From NCBI GenBank assembly GCA_046329965.1, contig JAXLTR010000011.1, positions 142,418 to 206,417 of the forward strand: a stretch of DNA of 64,000 nucleotides, in the 5' to 3' direction. Position numbers and translations under genes: made by a program. Source of the DNA: Bacteroidales bacterium. GTDB taxonomy: Bacteria; Bacteroidota; Bacteroidia; Bacteroidales; NBLH01. Positions 30,130 through 37,873 of this stretch are shown piece by piece (the first letter of the stretch is position 1; every line of letters begins with the position of its first letter). The notes under the pieces are model-generated. The model searched no databases and had not been told where the DNA came from. It worked only from the letters and a program-made list of their open reading frames with translations.

Positions 30130-30588
30130 ATGATTGGACATTTTTATAGAATTTTTGTGATTTCTTTTCTATTATTATTTGCCGGATGCCATATCTTAGC
30201 TCCCAACACCACCTGCCATCGTTGCTCGTATTACAGCTTTGATGGAATTGCCGTCCATTTAGCCGATTACAACATTATGGCCAAAAAACAGGTTTCGGAA
30301 AATGAATTTTTAGGGAGGAAAACCATTTATTTGCAAAAAGATAAAACCTATACCATCTATTTTAAACAATGCGAACCTCCTGTCTATACCATTAAGTGTC
30401 AAATATTTGACATTCAGGAAAATACTGGTAAAGACCTTATGGTATTGGCCGGTTTTACCTGCAATAAACAAACAGAGGCATACACCACATTTAGGATTAG
30501 TGAAACGAAAGAATATGAAATACAGGTGCTTGCAAATAAAAAAGTGGATGTGAGAATTAACCTGGGCCTGGCCAATGAAAACAGATGA
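30130..30588 (+). CDS. Lipoprotein, hypothetical
   Basis: 152 aa. It has the lipobox-like 'LLLFAGC'. Confidence 0.45.
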   Translation: MIGHFYRIFVISFLLLFAGCHILAPNTTCHRCSYYSFDGIAVHLADYNIMAKKQVSENEFLGRKTIYLQKDKTYTIYFKQCEPPVYTIKCQIFDIQENTGKDLMVLAGFTCNKQTEAYTTFRISETKEYEIQVLANKKVDVRINLGLANENR

Positions 30589-30615
30589 GTGCTATATAAA
30601 TAAATATTGCTTATT

Positions 30616-33600
30616 ATGAGATTATTAGAAACCAACAATTTGGAAATTAAAAGATGTGTTATTCTACTTTTTTTAGTTTTTATAACTGCCTTAAGTGCCA
30701 GTGCCCAAATAACAGAAAATGAAAAATACCTGGTATCGAAAACATTAAACCTTAGTGAATTAATCCAGTTAGATGATGATTATTTTTTAGTAAAAAGCAT
30801 TAAGGAAAAAAAGTGGGGTGTATTTGAAATTTCGGTTGATGGAGAAAATTTCAATTATCACAAACCATTGCTTTCGTGCAAATATGATACAATTGAGGGT
30901 TGGTTCAATAACAATGAACCTTTTCTTACTTTGAAAAAGAATAATAAGTATGGAATGTTTCTTAATCCATTTGAACAGGAAGTAAGAGAAGCATCTATAA
31001 ATTTAGAATTCGATTCATTGATAAGTATCAGGAAAGATGATGGCTATTATGCTATTGCCAAGAAAAAGAACAGGTGGGGATATGTAGACTGGCAAAACAA
31101 CACCATGCAGGATTTTAATTACAATAGTAAAGGTGATATTTTAAAACAACTATTTTCTGACAATACAGGAAATGATATCCGGCTTGTTTTTCAACATCCT
31201 GAATTATTAAAACCTAACGAAGTGCTTTTTTCTGAAAATAAGCACTATATGGCCATTTCTGAAATAGATTTGGCTTACGGAAATATAGTTTATTCATTGT
31301 ATACCACAAATCCTCCTGCATTAATAAGCTCAAATAAAATTGAGCTGGAGGAAAATAAACCGGTAATCGAAGCCATAAGTAACGATGGAAAATACTTTAG
31401 GATAGGCTGTTATACAAAAAATAGGTTTATAGCTTTTTATGATGTCAATGCTGAAAAATTGATTTACGGTAACCCTGATAAAATTAAACTGGATGTTCAA
31501 TATTTGAGTTCACATGGTTGCATATCAGGAAATTACGAAATTGACTGGAGGAATAAAGAAACGCTTAGAATAGTCAACAACCTGACTAAGATTGTCAGAA
31601 ACCTTGATAATAAAATATATGGGTTGAAAGATTATAGTGGGCAACGTGTTCAAATTTCGCCCGATGGGCAATATTTGGGGATTTATGAAAATAAAGTGCT
31701 TAGGATATGGGATACTTATAAAAATGAAATTGTATGGACTTCGCCAAAACAAAGTTTTTTTACAGAATATACTGAATTTGCCTTATTAAGCAACAACATA
31801 GTGGCAAGTACAAAGGTGTTGGAAAATCAAAAGGACGCCCATTTGTATTGGTTCGATTTTATTAAGAAAAAGGTGTTATTTAGCACCAATTATCAGACTT
31901 TTAATTCAATTCACTTTGTTAGTCAGTTTAATCAGGATCTTTTAATAGCCAATATAGATTCCGGTAAGAATACAATTAATTCAATTTCAAAGATTAACCT
32001 GGCAAGTGGAGCATTCACTGCTACAAAACCGGTGAACACTGGTTTTAAAGAATATAATGGTTTGGTACAGTCCTTTCTCGATTCATTAAAAAAGGCACAC
32101 CCACAGCAATTTGATTATTACGAGAAAAACAGGCAAAGCTTTTTTAGTTGGTATGCCATGTATGCAAAATATTTTAATGAAAATGGAACCATTAAAGACA
32201 GTTCTCAAAAATGTCAACTCGATGTTTCATTTTTCGAACCGATTAAAACACATTGGCTACCAGTAAGATATGAAATAATCAATGCACTTGACAATAAGGC
32301 CTGTTACCAGGATATTTCGGATCAGATTGAATTTCTTGTTCATAAATCTGCCCTCAGAAAGGAGTTACTGTTTTGGAACGGTAATAAAGTTCCTGATGAA
32401 CGAAAAGTTACAATGCTTTATACAAAGAATGGGGCACCTTTCTTTTACACTCATGATGGATATTACTTTGGCAGTAAGGAAATTGCAGGTTTTTTAAGGT
32501 TTGCCCACAAAGGCAAATCCTATGCATTCGAGCAATTTGATTTAAAATTTAACCGGCCTGATATTATTTTAGACCGTTTGGGCTATGCCGATAGTTCAAT
32601 AATTAATTTTTACCGGAAAGCCTATTATAAGCGGCTTCAAAAATACGGTTTTGACCATAAAGATTTGAATAGCGATAGGCACACGCCTGAAGTGCATATT
32701 GCCAATGAAGATGATTTACTAAAAACATTTACCCAAAAAGAGTTGATAATTAGATTAGAAGCCTCAGACAGTATTTATAAGTTAAACCGTATAAATGTTT
32801 GGATAAACGATGTTCCTGTTTTTGGTGTCAACGGGATAGATATCAGTAAATTAAACAAGAATAACTACAAAGATGAAATAAGCATCCAACTAAGCCACGG
32901 CAGAAATAAAATTCAGGTATCGGCACACAACAACAATGCAATAGAAAGCCTGAAAGAAACATTTTATGTTGATTATCAGGAAAAAATCATCCAAAAGCCT
33001 GATTTATATTTTATAACTATTGGGATTTCGAAATACGTCAATCCCATGAATAACCTTGCCTATGCCGATAAAGATGCCAGGGATCTGGTCCAGATGTTCA
33101 AGGCCAGAAGCGACATTTATAAAAATATCAGGATAATACCCCTTCTCAATCACAATGCAACAAAAGCAGGGATATTGTCGCTTAAAGACTCGCTAATGAA
33201 CTCGAAAACCGAAGATCATGTAATTTTGTTTTATGCAGGCCACGGTACTATTGGCGACGATGGGCAGTATTATATTTGTAATACCGACATCAGAAATGAC
33301 AATATTGTTGAAAGTGCTTTGCCATATATGGACTTTGAGGCGATACTCGATGGTATACCTGCCCGGAACAAGCTTTTGCTTATAGATGCCTGTCATTCTG
33401 GAGAAGCGGATGATGAAGACATTAAAATTGCGGAAAACAGTCCGGAACTTGGAAATACAAAAGCCCTGAAATTAAATTATATCCCACGTAAAATTACTCA
33501 ATCAACAACATATAATTCGCACACAACATTTGATTTGATGAAATCTCTTTTTTCTGATTTGCGACGAAATACAGGGGCAACCATTATTGCCTCAGCAGGG

Positions 33601-33825
33601 GCCGGTGAATTTGCCTACGAAGGTGGGGATATATCAAACGGTGTTTTTACCTATTTCTTAATAGAAGCATTGAAAAGCAAACAGGCAGATTACAATAAGG
33701 ATAACATAATTACAGTTAGTGAACTCGTTGATTTTATTTCAATAAAAGTACAAGAACATACTTCAGGAAAACAGAACCCTGGCAGGCGAAGTGAAAACCT
33801 TACATTGGATTTTGAAATTTGGTAG
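30616..33825 (+). CDS. Exported multidomain protein: WG-containing repeats + propeller-like region + C-terminal caspase (peptidase C14) domain
   Basis: The track starts at the TTG at 30607, and the ATG at 30616 is preferred. It has the signal peptide 'CVILLFLVFITALSASAQ' and WG repeats ('KKWGVFE', 'NKYGMFLN', 'NRWGYVDW'). The caspase dyad is 'VILFYAGHGT' (His codon 33241-33243) and 'LLLIDACHSGEA' (Cys codon 33391-33393). Confidence 0.8.
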   Translation: MRLLETNNLEIKRCVILLFLVFITALSASAQITENEKYLVSKTLNLSELIQLDDDYFLVKSIKEKKWGVFEISVDGENFNYHKPLLSCKYDTIEGWFNNNEPFLTLKKNNKYGMFLNPFEQEVREASINLEFDSLISIRKDDGYYAIAKKKNRWGYVDWQNNTMQDFNYNSKGDILKQLFSDNTGNDIRLVFQHPELLKPNEVLFSENKHYMAISEIDLAYGNIVYSLYTTNPPALISSNKIELEENKPVIEAISNDGKYFRIGCYTKNRFIAFYDVNAEKLIYGNPDKIKLDVQYLSSHGCISGNYEIDWRNKETLRIVNNLTKIVRNLDNKIYGLKDYSGQRVQISPDGQYLGIYENKVLRIWDTYKNEIVWTSPKQSFFTEYTEFALLSNNIVASTKVLENQKDAHLYWFDFIKKKVLFSTNYQTFNSIHFVSQFNQDLLIANIDSGKNTINSISKINLASGAFTATKPVNTGFKEYNGLVQSFLDSLKKAHPQQFDYYEKNRQSFFSWYAMYAKYFNENGTIKDSSQKCQLDVSFFEPIKTHWLPVRYEIINALDNKACYQDISDQIEFLVHKSALRKELLFWNGNKVPDERKVTMLYTKNGAPFFYTHDGYYFGSKEIAGFLRFAHKGKSYAFEQFDLKFNRPDIILDRLGYADSSIINFYRKAYYKRLQKYGFDHKDLNSDRHTPEVHIANEDDLLKTFTQKELIIRLEASDSIYKLNRINVWINDVPVFGVNGIDISKLNKNNYKDEISIQLSHGRNKIQVSAHNNNAIESLKETFYVDYQEKIIQKPDLYFITIGISKYVNPMNNLAYADKDARDLVQMFKARSDIYKNIRIIPLLNHNATKAGILSLKDSLMNSKTEDHVILFYAGHGTIGDDGQYYICNTDIRNDNIVESALPYMDFEAILDGIPARNKLLLIDACHSGEADDEDIKIAENSPELGNTKALKLNYIPRKITQSTTYNSHTTFDLMKSLFSDLRRNTGATIIASAGAGEFAYEGGDISNGVFTYFLIEALKSKQADYNKDNIITVSELVDFISIKVQEHTSGKQNPGRRSENLTLDFEIW

Positions 33826-33975
33826 TATGGTTTCAAAATATTCGAAATTCAAGATTATAAAGGCAAAGTGCGGATAAAATCAGGCTATTGAAAATTGAAA
33901 AGCCTAATTTTTGAGTACTTTTATACAATTAAATTTTTCGACTTTTCCAGGAAAATAATAAATCAGAAAACTCTT

Positions 33976-34749
33976 ATGGAAATAGTAATAATTTGTTTGG
34001 CTGCTTTTTTCACTGCCGTTCTCACCTTCTTTTCAGGCTTTGGGCTGGGAACGATTTTAGCTCCCGTTTTCGCGATATTTTTCCCAATTGATATTGCTAT
34101 CGCACTCACAGGCGTAGTGCATTTCTCGAACAATCTTTTCAAGATTGCATTAGTCGGAAAAAATACCGATAAAGCTGTTTTACTCCGTTTTGGGATACCT
34201 GCAATTCTAGCCTCGTTTGCCGGGGCCTGGTTGTTACTAAAAATCACCGTATTACCAACGCTTCTTCAATACGAACTTTGGGGTAAAGAATTTGAAATTA
34301 CACCTGTGAAACTAATCATTGCATTACTATTAATGGTGTTTTCAATACTCGAAATATCTCCTTCATTCCAAAAAGTTCAGTTTAGTAAAGACAAATTAGT
34401 ACTGGGAGGTATTCTAAGCGGGTTCTTTGGTGGCTTATCGGGCATTCAGGGAGCAATACGCAGTGCATTTCTAATAAAAAGCGGGCTATCCAAAGAAGCG
34501 TATATTGGAACAGGAGTAATAATTGCCTGTTTGGTTGATTTTACAAGACTTTCGGTTTATGCTTCACATTTTACCTCGGCAAACCTGCACGAAAACCTTA
34601 CACTATTAATTTCGGCAACACTTGCCGCAATAGCAGGTGCTTACTATGGGAAAAGTGTGCTTAAAAAAGTAACCTTACGGAGCATTCAACTCATAGTAGC
34701 AGTAATGCTTATTCTTATTTCTTTGGCATTGGGTATCGGTTTAATATAA
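33976..34749 (+). CDS. TauE/SafE (TSUP) family anion permease
   Basis: The track starts at the TTG at 33895. The ATG at 33976 gives 'MEIVIICLAAFFTAVLTFFSGFGLGTIL', the typical TSUP start. The protein is polytopic and Gly-rich. Confidence 0.78.
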   Translation: MEIVIICLAAFFTAVLTFFSGFGLGTILAPVFAIFFPIDIAIALTGVVHFSNNLFKIALVGKNTDKAVLLRFGIPAILASFAGAWLLLKITVLPTLLQYELWGKEFEITPVKLIIALLLMVFSILEISPSFQKVQFSKDKLVLGGILSGFFGGLSGIQGAIRSAFLIKSGLSKEAYIGTGVIIACLVDFTRLSVYASHFTSANLHENLTLLISATLAAIAGAYYGKSVLKKVTLRSIQLIVAVMLILISLALGIGLI

Positions 34750-34781
34750 AAAACAACAGCTGTAAAACAATTAATAATTTA

Positions 34782-34889
34782 TTTTCGCCTATTATTGGTT
34801 CGTCCAATGATTATAAGTCCTTTGTTCCCCGTTTTATTGTTGGGTTAGTGTTTGTGTCTGAAGGGATTCAGAAATTTCTTTTTCCCTGA
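34782..34889 (+). pseudogene. Stub of a DoxX-family membrane protein gene (N-terminal helix only, no start codon, premature TGA)
   Basis: The translation '...YKSFVPRFIVGLVFVSEGIQKFLFP*' matches my memory of the first TM segment of DoxX proteins ('GLVFLSEGIQKFLFP'). The frame ends at the TGA at 34887-34889 with nothing DoxX-like downstream. Confidence 0.45.
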
Positions 34890-35016
34890 TTCGACGTATC
34901 TGTGTTCCAATTTTTGTTTGAAGCTGCGTTAGGAATTAATCAGCTTAAAAATTCATTTAATTTTCTACTATTAAATCATAAATATTACTTTAGCAGTCTA
35001 TTGACAAACAATTCAT

Positions 35017-37782
35017 ATGGCAGTCCAGGCAAATTTTACCGAAGAAAAAAATAAACTAAAGCAATACTTGAAAAGTGATAGTAATGAAGATGCAAAACGT
35101 CCTTTAATATATCCTCTCTTTCATAAATTGTATAAGGATAAATTCAAAATTGAATCGGATGCACATGGTGCCGATGTTTATATCGAAGGCCAAATAATTG
35201 TTGAATGTAAAACATCATACGCCGACTGGCTTGATGGTTTTTATCAGGCACTGCATTACCACAAAAAACATGGGCTGGTTTATTCCATTGTAATGGTTAT
35301 TGCCGAAAAATTTGTAGGTATTTGGCGTGTAAACCAATTAACCGAATATGCTGTTCTATTATCGCACACGGCCGATGCCAACAAAGCCCCAAATGTAATC
35401 GGTAAAGAAAATGCACGAAAAACAACCCAGGCCAATAAAAAACAAATACAGGAATCTGCAATCTATTGGCTCGAGCCCAAAGATCTTTCAGGTGATTTTT
35501 TCAAAGGTGAAGGAAAAAGTATTGACTATGAATTGCATGAAATACTAAACATCCTTAAAAATCCTGCTATCGAAAGGTTACAGATGAACACCCGCAACTT
35601 TATCGAACATATTGAACTCCTTAAAAAATTCTTCGACAATCCGCTCGATGCTGTCCATTGTTTCTATTCCATTGTGGCTTATTGGGATATCACATCGGTT
35701 GTTTCAACAAATGAATATTCCGATAAAATACGGATTGTAGGCTTTAAAGGACAAAAGCACAGCGACGAAGTAAGCATTAAACCATCTTTGTTCAAGAACT
35801 TTAAAAAGTTTGTCGAAAGCCGCTTTATATTTACCAACGAAGGTTCGGGGCTTACAGTCGATTATTATTTTAGCCGTTTCGATGAAGTAATGGCCCGTAT
35901 TGATCCGGAATATGTAAAACAGCATGGTATTTTCTTCACCGATATCAACCTGAGTAAATTTGCCCTTTGGTTTGCCAAAGACAAAATGAGCGAACAATTA
36001 GATGAACGTTACGTTTGGTTCGACCCTGCCGGCGGTTCGGGCAACCTGATTTCGAGCTGGAGGGGAAAACTGAAACATAAAATCATTTCAGAATTACAAC
36101 CCGATTTGTTGCGGATTATCGAGCGCCGTATGCGTATTGATCCGTGGCATGTCGAAACAGGGTTTACCATTATCCCTAAAACATCCGAAAATAAAGGGCT
36201 TAATTTTCTCGATTGTGGGGCAAAGGAATATGTTACTGAATTGGAAAAAGAGCTGAAACTCAAAAACCTTTTTATTGACAAACCGCTGGCATTTCTTTTG
36301 AATCCGCCTTATAAAAATACCGACGAAAACGAAACCGTACGCGAAAGTGCCGATTCAAATTACCGGATAAACAAAGATATACTCAAAATTACAGGCGAAG
36401 ATGCAGGCAAGGAACGTTACCTGGCATTTCTTGGGCAAATACTGAATATTGCAAAATACCAAAACGAACAAAACCCTGATTTTGAACCTTTGGTTTTGAT
36501 TTTTACACCTACATCGTGGTTAATTCCACGCCCTACTTACGTTAATTTCCGCATAATATGGGATACCCATTTCGAATATACCGATGGATTTATAATCACC
36601 AGCAACGAGTTTTTTAAATTACAGGGAAAATGGCCGCTTGCTTTTACCATATGGCGCTATAAACCAGATGAAAAAAGGGAAAATCACGTAAAAGCTTATG
36701 ATTTTACCAGTATTAAGCACGATGATTTAAATATCAATTGGAGTTTAGGAGACGAAGAGTTGAAGCTTTTAATTAACAATATCTTAAAAAATCAACAAAT
36801 AATTAAACTGGATAATTCAAGAGGTGAAATAAAGGAATCTCTTCCAGCTATCTTGCACAGAAATGGCAAGTATATTCGTCAAACAAGATTTGATTTTAGT
36901 CATGCAAAAAAGAATGAGGATGATAAAACAATAATAAGTGGATTTCCTTTGAATGATAAAACTAGACATTTCGAATTAAGCCGTGTTTGTGGAAATTTAA
37001 ATGGCGAATTTATTGGTTTTATGGACGATAATACACCTGTAAGATTAAAACAAGAATCATTAAGTCGGTTAACAAATAAACCAGATAGAATTTGGTTTAG
37101 ATTAGATAATGATTTTAAAGGTACCAATAAATCAAAAATATTTAATGGACCTTCCGATAATCGAGGATATTGTGCTTATGATATTGAATCGAGCAAGGCC
37201 ACTTTTTCATGGTTTGTAATTACTAAAGCATTAAATGGTATTTACCCAATTTGGGCAAACCAATTTGATATCTGGATTCCAGATATCAAACCGGAACAAG
37301 AAAAATACTGGCATTCCCTATGTTTTGCATTTGTTTTGGCCGAAAACCGCTGTGTAGTGACCAAATTTGAGAAAGACAATCCGGTACAAGGTGCACCCGA
37401 AGTATTTGTTGATAATCCTTTGTGCCCGGCCAACCCTGATGCATTTTGGGCAACAACGCTCGATAAAGAAGTTTTAAAAGAACACGGATTGGCTTTTGCC
37501 CTTGTAAACAAAATAAAAGAACTTTACAAAACATGGAATGTAAATTATTGCAAAGGTCAGTATTTACAAAACGTTGGCCTTGAAAATGAACCCTATTTCA
37601 AGTATTTCGATTATGATGATTTCCTTACCCCTTATTCGGGTTTAATCCAAATCCGCAAATATGCCGAAATCAATTCCTGTTCCGATTTATTGGATTTATT
37701 TACAGAAATACAGGCTTTAACCAAAAAAGTAAAAGAAGAAATTTACAGGCTTCTGGTGGTTGAATTTAAGTATTTTGAATAG
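35017..37782 (+). CDS. Single-polypeptide PD-(D/E)xK nuclease + gamma-class N6-adenine DNA methyltransferase fusion (Type IIG/IIL, MmeI-like architecture)
   Basis: 921 aa. The N-terminus 'GADVYIEGQIIVECKTS...FYQALHY' gives D53...E63-x-K65 (35173-35211). Motif X-like is 'HGIFFTDINLSKFALWF', motif I is 'WFDPAGGSGNL' (36016-36048) and motif IV is 'NPPY' (36301-36312). About 450 aa at the C-terminus are unassigned (a TRD candidate). No partner genes are present. Confidence 0.7.
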   Translation: MAVQANFTEEKNKLKQYLKSDSNEDAKRPLIYPLFHKLYKDKFKIESDAHGADVYIEGQIIVECKTSYADWLDGFYQALHYHKKHGLVYSIVMVIAEKFVGIWRVNQLTEYAVLLSHTADANKAPNVIGKENARKTTQANKKQIQESAIYWLEPKDLSGDFFKGEGKSIDYELHEILNILKNPAIERLQMNTRNFIEHIELLKKFFDNPLDAVHCFYSIVAYWDITSVVSTNEYSDKIRIVGFKGQKHSDEVSIKPSLFKNFKKFVESRFIFTNEGSGLTVDYYFSRFDEVMARIDPEYVKQHGIFFTDINLSKFALWFAKDKMSEQLDERYVWFDPAGGSGNLISSWRGKLKHKIISELQPDLLRIIERRMRIDPWHVETGFTIIPKTSENKGLNFLDCGAKEYVTELEKELKLKNLFIDKPLAFLLNPPYKNTDENETVRESADSNYRINKDILKITGEDAGKERYLAFLGQILNIAKYQNEQNPDFEPLVLIFTPTSWLIPRPTYVNFRIIWDTHFEYTDGFIITSNEFFKLQGKWPLAFTIWRYKPDEKRENHVKAYDFTSIKHDDLNINWSLGDEELKLLINNILKNQQIIKLDNSRGEIKESLPAILHRNGKYIRQTRFDFSHAKKNEDDKTIISGFPLNDKTRHFELSRVCGNLNGEFIGFMDDNTPVRLKQESLSRLTNKPDRIWFRLDNDFKGTNKSKIFNGPSDNRGYCAYDIESSKATFSWFVITKALNGIYPIWANQFDIWIPDIKPEQEKYWHSLCFAFVLAENRCVVTKFEKDNPVQGAPEVFVDNPLCPANPDAFWATTLDKEVLKEHGLAFALVNKIKELYKTWNVNYCKGQYLQNVGLENEPYFKYFDYDDFLTPYSGLIQIRKYAEINSCSDLLDLFTEIQALTKKVKEEIYRLLVVEFKYFE

Positions 37783-37798
37783 CTGGAATTTAGAAGCC

Positions 37799-37861
37799 CT
37801 CAAAGGTTGGTCACTGATTCGGACACTGAGCTTGTCGAAGTGACCGAAGTGAACCTTTGAG
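37799..37861. repeat. Long imperfect hairpin between convergent genes, carrying a GAGCTTGTCGAAG loop motif
   Basis: CTCAAAGGTTGGTCAC (37799-37814) pairs with GTGACC (37840-37845) and AACCTTTGAG (37852-37861). The loop contains CTGAGCTTGTCGAAG. There is no T-run, so it is REP-like rather than a classic terminator. Confidence 0.65.
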
Positions 37862-37873
37862 AGCTGTTTATCA

